The notes: a model not told the origin generated them from the sequence alone. Positions 17,919 to 27,258 are shown, counted from the first letter of the stretch. The stretch: 40,657 bases of DNA from Acidimicrobiales bacterium (GCA_040382135.1 JBEIGA010000003.1:1-40657); one strand, 5' to 3'. A program made the numbers and translations.

Positions 17919-18706
17919 TGGGTGCCGTCCTCGCCTGGGAGTGGGCCCGTGCCCGCTCCGTCCGCATCACCTGGGTCCTGCTCGGGCTCATCGCCTTCAT
18001 CCTCGTCGCCGGCGCGCTCGGCGGCCTGATCTCGATCTCCACCGGGGACGAGGTGTTCACCAACCAGCCGCCGGGCGAGGCGGCCAAGCAGCTCGCCGCG
18101 ATCATCGCCGGCTCCACCCCCTTCATCGCCGTGTTCCAGGCGGTGATCGGTGCCCAGTCCCTCGACCACGAGTACCGGTTCGGCACCATCCGGCTCACCG
18201 TGGCGGCCTTCCCGAACCGTGGTCGGCTGCTGGCCGGCAAGGCCCTGGCCGTGTTCGGGCTCGCCGGTGGGGTCACCCTGGCGGCGTCGGTCGTCGCCGT
18301 GTTCGCGGGGGCGCTCGCCGACGACCTGGGCGACGGCCTCTCCGACCCGGCCGTGTGGCGGACCGTGGTGTTCGCCGCGCTGGTCGGGGGGATCTGGGCC
18401 GTGATCGGGCTCGGGCTGCGGGTGCTGCTCGGCAGCGTCGCCCTGCTCGCGGTGATCGTGGCCCTGGTGCCGCTGATCCTCGAGAACCTGATCATCCTGC
18501 CCCTGCTCGGGCGGGCGGGGCTCTCGGACACGGCGCTGGAGAAGGTGCAGCCGTTCCTGGTCGCCGGATCATCGGGCCGGGCCGTGGCATGGGACCCGAT
18601 CGGACCGGCGCCCGTCGTCGGCCTGCTCGCGTTCGCGGTCTGGGGCCTCGTCGCCTTCGCCGTTGCCCGGGTCCTGTTCGCCCGCCGGGACATCCGGCCG
18701 GACTGA
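17915..18706 (+). CDS. ABC-2 type exporter permease
   Basis: About 6 hydrophobic segments, EYRFGTIRLT...PNRGRLLAGK motif, overlaps the ATPase stop. The start could be 17915 (GTG) or 17918 (ATG). Confidence 0.9.
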   Translation: MMGAVLAWEWARARSVRITWVLLGLIAFILVAGALGGLISISTGDEVFTNQPPGEAAKQLAAIIAGSTPFIAVFQAVIGAQSLDHEYRFGTIRLTVAAFPNRGRLLAGKALAVFGLAGGVTLAASVVAVFAGALADDLGDGLSDPAVWRTVVFAALVGGIWAVIGLGLRVLLGSVALLAVIVALVPLILENLIILPLLGRAGLSDTALEKVQPFLVAGSSGRAVAWDPIGPAPVVGLLAFAVWGLVAFAVARVLFARRDIRPD

Positions 18707-18772
18707 GCGCCCGCCCTCCGGCCGGCCCGTCCCCGGCTGGGACGACACGCCGGCCGGGGGCAGACTGCAGGC

Positions 18773-19591
18773 ATGCAGATCACCCGGACGGGCGCCGCGC
18801 TCGGCGCCGTCATCGACGACGTCGACCTCCTGCAGCCGCTCGACGACACCACCCTCACCGGCATCGGCCGGGCCCTGCTCGACCACCAACTCCTGGTGCT
18901 GCGAGCGCCGGGCCTGGACCCGGACCAGCACCTCCGCCTGGCTGCCCGGTTCGGCGAGGCCGAGGTGCACGCCTTCTTCCCGAACCTGGGCGACGGGTAC
19001 GAGAAGGTGAGCGTCCTCGACTCCGAGAACGGCGACGTGGCCAGCATGTGGCACACCGACGAGAGCTTCCTGCCCGAGCCGCCCCTCGGCACGCTCCTGT
19101 CGGCCCGCACGATCCCGGCCGTCGGCGGCGACACCTGCTGGGCGAGCACCACCGCGGCGTACGCCGCACTGTCGCCGAACATGCAGCGGTACCTCGACGG
19201 TGCCATGGCGCTGCACGACCTGTCCCGCACCAAGGAGCTGGCCTACAACACCGGCCACGGCTCACCCGAGGCGTATGCGGAGGCGATCGCCGCGAACCGC
19301 CGGTTCCAGCACCCGGTCGTGCGCACCCATCCGGAGACCGGCGCCAAGGCGCTGTTCGTGAACCCGGTGTACACCCGCAGCATCGTCGGGGTGGCGCCCG
19401 CCGAGAGCCGGGCGGTCCTCGACTTCCTCTTCGCCCACATGACCGACGCCCGGTTCCAGTACCGGCATCGCTGGCAGGAGGGCGACCTGGTCATCTGGGA
19501 CAACCGCTGCACGATGCACTGCGTGATGCGGGACTTCGCGGGTCGTCGGGTGATGCACCGGGTGTCGATCCTCGGGGACCGCCCACGCTGA
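18773..19591 (+). CDS. TauD/AtsK-family dioxygenase (copy 3)
   Basis: WHTDESF, GGDTCW, HPVVRTHPETG, WDNRCTMH, RVMHRVSILGDRP. Confidence 0.93.
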   Translation: MQITRTGAALGAVIDDVDLLQPLDDTTLTGIGRALLDHQLLVLRAPGLDPDQHLRLAARFGEAEVHAFFPNLGDGYEKVSVLDSENGDVASMWHTDESFLPEPPLGTLLSARTIPAVGGDTCWASTTAAYAALSPNMQRYLDGAMALHDLSRTKELAYNTGHGSPEAYAEAIAANRRFQHPVVRTHPETGAKALFVNPVYTRSIVGVAPAESRAVLDFLFAHMTDARFQYRHRWQEGDLVIWDNRCTMHCVMRDFAGRRVMHRVSILGDRPR

Positions 19592-19639
19592 CCCGCCCAC
19601 GCTGACCGGGCGTGGACCTCGGGGCTAGGGTCCGCCGCC

Positions 19640-20626
19640 ATGGCTTCGATCTTCGTCACTGGCGGCACCGGCCTCATCGGCTCCAACATCTGCGAGCAGC
19701 TCCTCGCCCGCGGCGATGCCGTCACGGCGCTCGTCCGGTCCGCCGGGGCGGCGGTCGAGCTGGCCGACCTCGGGGTGCGCCTCGTCGAGGGCGACATCAC
19801 CGATGCCGACAGCGTCCTCCGTGCCGCAGAGGGCTGCGACGCGGCCATCCACTCCGCGGCGGTCCTCGGCGGCGCGAGCCAGGACATGGGCGAGCACCAG
19901 CGGGTGAACGCGAGCGGTGTCGGCCACGTGCTCGACGCCGCCGCGGCGCACGGCATGCGCAAGGTCGTCGCCCTCGGCACCACCACCTACTTCGACTTCG
20001 AGACCGAGCCGCTGTCCGAGCGCTCCCCCATCCACCCGAACCCGCCCGGGGACCCGTACACCCAGACCAAGATGGCCGCCTACCGCGAGGTCATGCGCCG
20101 GGCGGATGCCGGCATGGACGTCTCGGTCGTCATCCCCGGCGGCACCTTCGGCCCGGCCCCCTGCGTGCAGCGGTCGATGGAGGCCCCCAGCTACAACCTC
20201 CGCATCACCCTCACCGCCGAGGGGCAGTTCAACGAGGCGGTGAAGTTCCCGATCCCGTGGTCCTACGCACCCGACGTCGCGTGGGTGTCGATCGCCGCGC
20301 TCGACAAGGGCATCAGGGGCGAGAAGTACCTCGCCTTCGCCCGCCCCGAGGACGTGGGGAGCATGGCGTTCTTCGTGAACACCGCGATGGAGATCGCCGG
20401 CCTCCCGAACCGGGTCGACGAGATCACCGTCGACAAGCTCGACGCCGACGCCGACCTCCGCGCCCGGGTCGGCCAGACCCTCGAGGCGCTCGCCCGCCAG
20501 CAGTTCCCGGAGCCGTACTTCGACAACGCCCACACGCGGGCCCTGCTCGGCTACGAGCCCACCACGCTCCCCGATGCCCTCCGCCTCACCATCGACTGGC
20601 TCCGCGCCAAGGGTCTCATGGCCTGA
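19640..20626 (+). CDS. Extended SDR / NAD-dependent epimerase-dehydratase family
   Basis: FVTGGTGLIG, EGDITD, HSAA, YTQTK (YxxxK). Leaderless TAGGGT-N8-ATG. Confidence 0.9.
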   Translation: MASIFVTGGTGLIGSNICEQLLARGDAVTALVRSAGAAVELADLGVRLVEGDITDADSVLRAAEGCDAAIHSAAVLGGASQDMGEHQRVNASGVGHVLDAAAAHGMRKVVALGTTTYFDFETEPLSERSPIHPNPPGDPYTQTKMAAYREVMRRADAGMDVSVVIPGGTFGPAPCVQRSMEAPSYNLRITLTAEGQFNEAVKFPIPWSYAPDVAWVSIAALDKGIRGEKYLAFARPEDVGSMAFFVNTAMEIAGLPNRVDEITVDKLDADADLRARVGQTLEALARQQFPEPYFDNAHTRALLGYEPTTLPDALRLTIDWLRAKGLMA

Positions 20627-20716
20627 GGGGCGATCCCGCAACCCACCCACGCGCCCCCTCCGCCGCGTTCTGGCCGGGGTGAGATCGCTGGAATGTCAAC
20701 GGTCTCTGGGCGTGCC

Positions 20717-20738
20717 TGTCACACCCGGGCGGTAGACT
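20717..20738 (+). promoter_or_regulatory. PafBC/RecA-NDp-type DNA-damage promoter
   Basis: TGTCAC-N10-TAGACT matches the geometry of the mycobacterial TGTCGG-N10-TANNNT motif. Confidence 0.7.
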
Positions 20739-20754
20739 TCGCACATGTGTTCGA
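20739..20754. promoter_or_regulatory. Actinobacterial LexA (SOS) box overlapping the start codon
   Basis: TCGCACATGTGTTCGA has one mismatch to TCGAAC-N4-GTTCGA and lies directly after the -10 box. Confidence 0.75.
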
Positions 20755-22013
20755 CACTGGTGGAGTCGATCGAAACCGCAGTCGCCGCCCTGGAACAGGC
20801 GCTCGCCGCGGACCCACACGGCCTCGCCGATGAGACGCTGCGGCAACTGGTACCGGTGGTGCAACGGGCACGGAACCTGCTCGACGCCACGGATGTGCGC
20901 CTGGTCGGCGTGTTCGACGCAAAGAAGCTCGGCGACGCCGACGCGCTGACCACCACGCAGTGGCTCATGCACAACACCCGGGTCTCTTCGACGGATGCGC
21001 GGGAGCGGATCCGCGCTGCAGGGTCGCTGCGCTCCCTGCCGCACGCGGAGGCTGCGTTCGCTGAGGGGCGGATCGGCAAGGAGCACCTGCTCGCCCTGGT
21101 CCGGCTGCACTCGGGGCGCACGGCCGAAGCGTTGGAGAAGGGCGAGCACTACCTCGTCGAACACGCCGCCGCCGACGGGTACGCCACCTTCGAGCACATC
21201 CTCCGCGCCTGGAAGCTGGCAGCCGACCCCGACGGACCCGAACCCCGCTGCCCGCGGCGCCGGTTCGACCTGCGCCGCGGGCCCGACGGCGAATGGGACG
21301 GCCGCCTGCTCGCCCCAGCAGACGAAGGCGCTGCCATCGACGCCGCCCTCGCACCCTTCGAGCGGATCGAATGGCAACGCGACTGGGACGAAGCCCGGCG
21401 CATCCACGGTGTCGACGCCTCCGCCCACCACCTGCCCCGCACCGCGTCCGAACGACGCCTTGCTGCGCTCGCAGCCGCGCTGCGACGAGGCGCCGGCAGC
21501 CCCGACCACACCCGCGAACCGAAACCGCTCGTCAACATCGTCGTCACCCACGCCGCGTTCGAACGAGCCCTCGCCCAAGCCGCCGGCCTGCCCGTCGAGC
21601 CCTTGGACCCGACGCGCGCCCACGAGCTCGACTGCCGGCTCATCGACGGCACCCCCATCGACCACGCCACCATGCTCCGCCACGCCCTGTCCGGGTTCGT
21701 CCGACGGGTGGTCATCCAATCACCGGGGATCATCACGGACATCGGACGACGGCAACGCCTGTTCACCGGACCGATGCGACACGCCATCCTGTCCCTGGTC
21801 CCCCACTGCGGGTTCCCCGGCTGCACCGTCCCTGCCCGCCACTGCGAAGTCGACCACCGCCACCGATGGCGCCACGGCGGACCCACCACCCCGGAGAACG
21901 GCGCACCGCTCTGCGACCGGCACCAGAAGCTCAAAGAACGCGGCTTCACCGACCAGCAGAACCCCGACGGCACCTGGACCTGGCACCGACCCGACGGCAC
22001 CCGCCTCGAATGA
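20745..22013 (+). CDS. DUF222 / HNH endonuclease (REP13E12-family) protein, 422 aa
   Basis: Helical DUF222-type N-terminus (AAFAEGRIGKEH, ADPDG, RTASERR) and C-terminal CGFPGC...EVDH...GGPTTPENGAPLCDRH. Confidence 0.9.
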   Translation: MCSTLVESIETAVAALEQALAADPHGLADETLRQLVPVVQRARNLLDATDVRLVGVFDAKKLGDADALTTTQWLMHNTRVSSTDARERIRAAGSLRSLPHAEAAFAEGRIGKEHLLALVRLHSGRTAEALEKGEHYLVEHAAADGYATFEHILRAWKLAADPDGPEPRCPRRRFDLRRGPDGEWDGRLLAPADEGAAIDAALAPFERIEWQRDWDEARRIHGVDASAHHLPRTASERRLAALAAALRRGAGSPDHTREPKPLVNIVVTHAAFERALAQAAGLPVEPLDPTRAHELDCRLIDGTPIDHATMLRHALSGFVRRVVIQSPGIITDIGRRQRLFTGPMRHAILSLVPHCGFPGCTVPARHCEVDHRHRWRHGGPTTPENGAPLCDRHQKLKERGFTDQQNPDGTWTWHRPDGTRLE

Positions 22014-22097
22014 CCCGCACGCAACGCCGCTCGGCCCGCGCCCCCCGCTGACCATCCGAACTACTACGCTCGCGGCACACGGCGCGAGGAGGCGTTC

Positions 22098-22550
22098 ATG
22101 GGCGGGTACGAGATCGTCGAGGTGGCCGCGCAGTCGGCCGCCGTGGTCCGGGACGAGCTCCCGATGGACCGACTGCCGGAGTTGTTCGACCGGGCCTTCG
22201 GTGCCGTGGTCGCCGTCACCGCCGAGCAGGGCGTACCCATCGTGGGCGCGCCCTTCGGCTTCTACCCCCGCATGCCGGGCGAGACCGTGGAGGTCGTCGC
22301 CGGCTTCCCCGTCGGCGGTGCCGTCGTCCCGAGCGGCGAGGTCGTCCCGTTCGAGCTGCCCGCCTGCCGGGCGGTCACCGGCGTGCACACCGGACCGTAC
22401 GACCGGCTGGCACAGACCTACGAGGCACTTCTGGCCTGGGTGGGCGAGCAGGGCCTGACCCTCGGGGTCGGCATGTGGGAGCAGTACCTCAGCGACCCGT
22501 CCACCGATCCGGAGACCTGGCAGACCCTGATCGTCTGGCCGCTCGCCTGA
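22098..22550 (+). CDS. GyrI-like small-molecule-binding domain protein
   Basis: GAPFGFY, AGFPV, ELPA...HTGPYDRLAQTYEALLAW, WEQYLSDP. AGGAGG SD. Confidence 0.88.
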   Translation: MGGYEIVEVAAQSAAVVRDELPMDRLPELFDRAFGAVVAVTAEQGVPIVGAPFGFYPRMPGETVEVVAGFPVGGAVVPSGEVVPFELPACRAVTGVHTGPYDRLAQTYEALLAWVGEQGLTLGVGMWEQYLSDPSTDPETWQTLIVWPLA

Positions 22551-22573
22551 GCGTCCGCCCCGGCAGGCCGCGC

Positions 22574-23776
22574 TCAGCGGCCGCTGAGGAACTCGGTCAG
22601 CTGCTCGAGGACGAAGTCGAGGGTCTCGTCGGTGATGGCGTGGCTGAGCGGGAGCAGCACGCCTCGACGCATCACCTCGTCGGCGTTGGGCAGGCCCTCC
22701 TCGGGCACCACCACCGGCACGCCGCGGAGCATGGGCTGGCGGGTCACGTTGCCGGTCCAGATGGTGCGGGTGTCGATCCCGCGCCCGTCGAGGAACTCCT
22801 GGATGTCCGGACGGGCGAAGCCGGCGCCGTCACGGATGATCAGCGGGTAGCCGAGCCACGCGGTCTCGAGCCCGTCGAGCTGGCGGGGTAGGACGAACCG
22901 GTCCTCGTGGGCCCGGAAGAACTCGGTGTAGCGGTCGTAGGTCCGGCGGCGGCGGGCGAGGTTCTCCTGCAGCTTCTCGAGCTGCACGAGGCCGAACGCG
23001 GCGCCCATCTCCGACGGCTCGAAGTTCCACCCCAGCTCGTCGAAGATGAACTGGTTGTCGTAGTGGATGCCGTCGAGGTCCTCCCAGAAGTTCCGGTCGC
23101 GCTTCTTCGAGCCGAAGTAGTGGAGCTCGGAACGTCGACCCCAGCGGCGGAGCATCACGGCACGGTCGCGCATCGCCTCGTCGTCGAGCAGGACCATGCC
23201 GCCGTTCCCGCCGGCGGTGAGGATGTGGCTGTTCGCGAAGCTCGTGATCGAGATCGTGGACCGGTGGCCGGTCGGCTCCCCGCGCAGGATCGGGCCGAGC
23301 GTGTCCGCCGAGTCCTCCACGACGGGGAGCCCGTGGCGATCGGCGATGGCCCGGATGGCGTCCCAGTCCGGGCAGTTGCCGATCAGGTTCGGGAACAGCA
23401 TCGCCTTCGTGCGAGGGGTGATCATCTCCTCGATGCGGGCGACGTCCACGCAGAAGGTGTCCGGCTCGACGTCGACGAACACCGGCACGAGCCCGCCGCG
23501 CACCATGGGCGCGACGTCGGTGGAGAACGTGAGCCCGCAGGTGATCACCTCGCTGCCCGCCTCGAGCTCGAGCAGCTCGATCGCCAGGTAGAGGGCCGAC
23601 GACCCGGAGTTGACCATCACCCCGAGCTGCTTGCCGAACAGGGCGGCGACCTGGCGCTCCATCGCGTTGACCCGGCGGCCCGGCCACAGCCCCTGCGGGC
23701 CGGACCGGAGCACCTCGACCACTGCCTCGATCTCGCGCTCGTCGTGGACGCTGCTGGAGTAGAAGACTCGGTCCAT
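22574..23776 (-). CDS. DegT/DnrJ/EryC1/StrS-family PLP/PMP enzyme, His-type (ColD/RfbH 3-dehydratase-like), 400 aa
   Basis: VNSGSSALYLA, LTFSTD, PVFVDV, EDSAD, SFANSH (His at the Schiff-base Lys position), GWNFEP. ATG at 23776 with an AGGAGG SD. Confidence 0.85.
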   Translation of the reverse strand: MDRVFYSSSVHDEREIEAVVEVLRSGPQGLWPGRRVNAMERQVAALFGKQLGVMVNSGSSALYLAIELLELEAGSEVITCGLTFSTDVAPMVRGGLVPVFVDVEPDTFCVDVARIEEMITPRTKAMLFPNLIGNCPDWDAIRAIADRHGLPVVEDSADTLGPILRGEPTGHRSTISITSFANSHILTAGGNGGMVLLDDEAMRDRAVMLRRWGRRSELHYFGSKKRDRNFWEDLDGIHYDNQFIFDELGWNFEPSEMGAAFGLVQLEKLQENLARRRRTYDRYTEFFRAHEDRFVLPRQLDGLETAWLGYPLIIRDGAGFARPDIQEFLDGRGIDTRTIWTGNVTRQPMLRGVPVVVPEEGLPNADEVMRRGVLLPLSHAITDETLDFVLEQLTEFLSGR

Positions 23777-23792
23777 CGACAGCTCCTCCTCG

Positions 23793-25166
23793 GTGACGGG
23801 ACCCGCTGGGACGGGGGACGGGTGGGCCACCCGGTCGGGCTTCATCCTGGCCACGATCGGGTCGGCCATCGGCATCGGGAGCATCTGGAAGTTCCCCTAC
23901 GAGGTCGGCGCGAACGGTGGCGGGGCGTTCGTCCTCGTGTACGTGCTCGGCCTGGCCCTCGTGGTCGTTCCGCTCATGCTGGCGGAGCTCGCCATCGGCC
24001 GGCGAGGTCGATCCGACGCGGCGGGCAGCATCGCCGCCGTGGTCCGGGCGGAGGGCGCACCGCTCCGCTGGCGTCTCGTCGGCGTCATGGGCGCGCTGAC
24101 GTCGTTCCTGATCCTCAGCTACTACGCCGTGATCGGCGGCTGGACCGTGCGCTACACGGTCGACACCCTGTGGCGGGGGCTGCCCCCCGAGGAGGGCGAC
24201 GCGGTCGAGCAGCGCTTCGCCGACCTGCTGGCGTCACCGGGGCTGATGGCGCTGTTCCAGGCGGTGTTCCTCGGCGTGGTGGCGCTCGTGGTGCTGCGCG
24301 GCGTGCAGGCCGGCATCGAGCGGGCCATGAAGCTGCTCATGCCCGTGCTCGCCGTGCTGCTCGTCGCGCTGGCCGGCTACTCCCTCGCCACCGGCGACGC
24401 CGGCGAGGCGCTGCGGTTCCTGTTCGTCCCGGACCTCGACGGCTTCGGCGGCCGGGCCGTCCTCGATGCGCTGGGGCTCGGCTTCTTCTCGATCGGTGTC
24501 GGCCTCGGGCTGATGATCACCTACGCGGCCTACAGCCCACCCGGCGCCGACCTCCGCACCGTGGCCTTCGCATCGGTCGCCGCCGACACCGCGATCTCCG
24601 TCGTGGCCGGCCTCGCCGTGTTCCCGATCGTGTTCGCCAACGACCTCGACCCTGCGGGCGGCGCAGGCCTGGTCTTCGAGTCGCTCCCCCACGCCTTCGC
24701 GGCGATGCCCGCCGGACGCATCGCCGCGATCGCGTTCTTCGCCCTGCTCGTCATCGCCGCCCTCGGCTCCGCGATCTCGATGTTGGAGGCCGTGGTCGCC
24801 GTCGCCGGGCACCTCTTCGGGTTCGGCCGACGCACGGCGGCGCTGCTCGCCACGGGCGCCTGCTTCGTGGTCGGGCTCGCCACGGTGCTGTCGTTCAACC
24901 GGTGGTCCGACGTGCACCCGCTCGGCGGCGTCGCCCGGTACGCCGAGGCCACGGTCTTCGACCTCCTCGACGACCTGACCTCCAACGTCCTGCTGCCCCT
25001 CGGCGGACTCGGGGTTGCCGTGCTGGCCGGCTGGGTCCTCTCGGACCGGTTGCTCGGCGAGGAGCTGCCCGCCCGGGGGCGTGGGCTCCGGGCGCTGCGC
25101 ATCCTGCTCCGGTTCGTGGCTCCGGCGCTGATCGTCGCCGCGGCGGTCGCCTCGCTCACCGACTGA
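23793..25166 (+). CDS. Sodium-dependent amino-acid transporter, NSS/SLC6 (LeuT/MhsT-like) family
   Basis: WATRSGFILATIGSAIGIGSIWKFPY, GGGAFVLVY, ELAIGR, ILSYYAVIGGW, FFSIGVG, many TM helices. Confidence 0.93.
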   Translation: MTGPAGTGDGWATRSGFILATIGSAIGIGSIWKFPYEVGANGGGAFVLVYVLGLALVVVPLMLAELAIGRRGRSDAAGSIAAVVRAEGAPLRWRLVGVMGALTSFLILSYYAVIGGWTVRYTVDTLWRGLPPEEGDAVEQRFADLLASPGLMALFQAVFLGVVALVVLRGVQAGIERAMKLLMPVLAVLLVALAGYSLATGDAGEALRFLFVPDLDGFGGRAVLDALGLGFFSIGVGLGLMITYAAYSPPGADLRTVAFASVAADTAISVVAGLAVFPIVFANDLDPAGGAGLVFESLPHAFAAMPAGRIAAIAFFALLVIAALGSAISMLEAVVAVAGHLFGFGRRTAALLATGACFVVGLATVLSFNRWSDVHPLGGVARYAEATVFDLLDDLTSNVLLPLGGLGVAVLAGWVLSDRLLGEELPARGRGLRALRILLRFVAPALIVAAAVASLTD

Positions 25167-25201
25167 CGGCGGCCCACCCCGCCCTCCGCGAGAATGCGGC
25201 G

Positions 25202-26005
25202 ATGCGCTGCGTGCCGCTCACCACCACCATCGGCGCCGAGGTCCACGACGTCGACCTCGCCGGCCTCGGGCCCGAGGGGTTCGCCGAGTTGGAGGCGGCC
25301 TTGTTGCGGCACAAGGTGCTGATGGTCCGGGGGCAACAGCTCGACGACCGGGCCCAGCGCGACCTCGCCGCCCGCTTCGGCCCGATTCGGCGCTTCCCGT
25401 TCGGCAGCCCGGTCGACGAGGCGGTCCCCGAGGTGCACGCCATCGCCACCGGCGGACCCGGCCCGAAGGTCGGCAACGCCGACATCTGGCACAGCGACGC
25501 CACCTTCCAGCCCGCACCCCCGCTCGGCAGCGTGCTGCGGGCCGTCGAGCTCCCCCCGACCGGGGGCGACACGCTCTTCGCCGACACCGAGGCCGCGTTC
25601 GCCGCCCTCTCCCCCGCCGTGCAGACGATGCTGCTCGGGCTCACCGCCACCCACGACGTTGCGAAGTCGTCCGCCCACCGCACCCCCCGGGAGGACTTCC
25701 CGGCGGTGCACCACCCGGTGGTCCGGTCCCACCCGGTCACCGGACGGCCGTCGTTGTTCGTCAACCGGACCTTCACCGTCCGGATCGACGGGCTGACCGA
25801 GCGGGAGAACGAGGTGCTGCTCCCGATGCTGTGCGACCACGTCCGATCGCCGGACTTCCAGGCCCGCCTCCGGTGGGAGCCGGGCTCGGTGGCGATCTGG
25901 GACAACCGCTGCACCCAGCACGACGCGGTCGCCGACTACACCGAGCGACGGGTCATGTACCGCGTCGTGATCGACGGCACCGCACCGGTCCCCGCGTCCG
26001 CCTGA
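25202..26005 (+). CDS. TauD/AtsK-family dioxygenase (copy 4)
   Basis: IGAEVHDVDL, WHSDATF, GGDTLFAD, HPVVRSHPVTGR, WDNRCTQH, RVMYRV. Confidence 0.93.
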   Translation: MRCVPLTTTIGAEVHDVDLAGLGPEGFAELEAALLRHKVLMVRGQQLDDRAQRDLAARFGPIRRFPFGSPVDEAVPEVHAIATGGPGPKVGNADIWHSDATFQPAPPLGSVLRAVELPPTGGDTLFADTEAAFAALSPAVQTMLLGLTATHDVAKSSAHRTPREDFPAVHHPVVRSHPVTGRPSLFVNRTFTVRIDGLTERENEVLLPMLCDHVRSPDFQARLRWEPGSVAIWDNRCTQHDAVADYTERRVMYRVVIDGTAPVPASA

Positions 26006-26031
26006 GCCTCCCGTCCGGGCAGAGTGGGGCC

Positions 26032-27249
26032 ATGGAGCAGCAGACCACGCCGCCGGACCCCTTCGCCCCCGCCCAGCTCGGACCCATCACCCTCCGGAAC
26101 CGCATCGTCAAGGCCGCCACCTTCGAGGGGGTCATGCCCGAAGCGCTGGTCACCGAGGAGCTGATCGACTTCCACCGCCGACCGGCCGCCGGCGGCGTGG
26201 GCATGACCACGGTCGCCTACCTGGCCGTGTCGCCGGAGGGTCGCACCCACAAGGAGTGCATCTGGCTCCGACCGGAGGCGGTCCCGGGCCTCGCCGCGCG
26301 GGCCGACGCCGTCCACGCCGAGGGCGCCAAGGTCTCCGCCCAGATCGGCCACGCCGGACCGGTCGCCAACGCCAAGAGCAACGCCGCGCAGTCGCTGGCG
26401 CCGGGTCGCTCCTTCAACCCGGTGACGCTGAAGTTCACCCGTGCGGTCACCGAGGACGACATCACGCGGGTCACCCTCGACTATGCGCGCGGCGCCCGCT
26501 TCGTGCAGCAGGCCGGGTTCGACGCCATCGAGATCCACCTGGCGCACAACTACCTGCTGTCGTCGTTCCTGTCGCCGAAGTTCAACAAGCGCTCCGACCG
26601 GTGGGGCGGCGGCCTGGAGCACCGGGCGCGCTTCGCCCGCCAGGTCGTGGCGGCCGTGCGTGAGGCGGTCGGCGACACCATGGCCGTGACCGCGAAGGTG
26701 AGCATGGACGACGGGGTGCCCGGCGGCTTCCGGCTCCCGGAGAGCGCCGACTTCGCGGCCATGCTCGAGGCCGACGGCCACCTCGACGCGCTGGAGCTCA
26801 CCGGCGGCAGCTCGCTCGCCAACCCCATGTACCTGTTCCGCGGCGCGGCCCCGCTCTCGGAGTTCGCCGACACCCTGCCGCCGGTGGCGAAGCTCGGCTT
26901 CACGCTGATCGGCAAGAAGGTGATGCCGAGCTACCCGTTCGAGGAGGCGTTCTTCCTCGAGAAGGCGAGGCAGATCCGCTCCGCCGTCACCATGCCGCTC
27001 ATCCTGCTCGGCGGCATCAACAACCGGTCCACGATCGAGATGGCCATGGCCGAGGGCTTCCAGTTCGTGGCCATGGGCCGGGCCCTGCTGCGCGAGCCGG
27101 ACCTCCTGCTGCGTATGCAGTCCGGCGAACAGACCGAGGGCAGCTGCATCCACTGCAACCGCTGCATGCCGTCGATCTACAGCGGCAGCCGGTGCGTGGT
27201 GGACCGCCCCGACCCGATCGTCGTCCCCCTCTCGCACAGCATCCGCTAG
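26032..27249 (+). CDS. NADH:flavin oxidoreductase (Old Yellow Enzyme family) with C-terminal Cys cluster
   Basis: LRNRIVKAATFE, QIGHAG, EIHLAHNYLLSSFLSP, MGRALLREPD, CIHCNRC...C. Confidence 0.92.
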   Translation: MEQQTTPPDPFAPAQLGPITLRNRIVKAATFEGVMPEALVTEELIDFHRRPAAGGVGMTTVAYLAVSPEGRTHKECIWLRPEAVPGLAARADAVHAEGAKVSAQIGHAGPVANAKSNAAQSLAPGRSFNPVTLKFTRAVTEDDITRVTLDYARGARFVQQAGFDAIEIHLAHNYLLSSFLSPKFNKRSDRWGGGLEHRARFARQVVAAVREAVGDTMAVTAKVSMDDGVPGGFRLPESADFAAMLEADGHLDALELTGGSSLANPMYLFRGAAPLSEFADTLPPVAKLGFTLIGKKVMPSYPFEEAFFLEKARQIRSAVTMPLILLGGINNRSTIEMAMAEGFQFVAMGRALLREPDLLLRMQSGEQTEGSCIHCNRCMPSIYSGSRCVVDRPDPIVVPLSHSIR

Positions 27250-27258
27250 ACCCGGGGG

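Noticed and set aside
20694-20699. Minus-strand TTGACA as a -35 box
   Set aside because: There is no -10-like hexamer at 16-18 nt spacing.
20627-22097. Terminal repeats or target-site duplication around the DUF222/HNH gene
   Set aside because: Only vague C-rich similarity between the flanks and no exact repeat, so element boundaries were not called.
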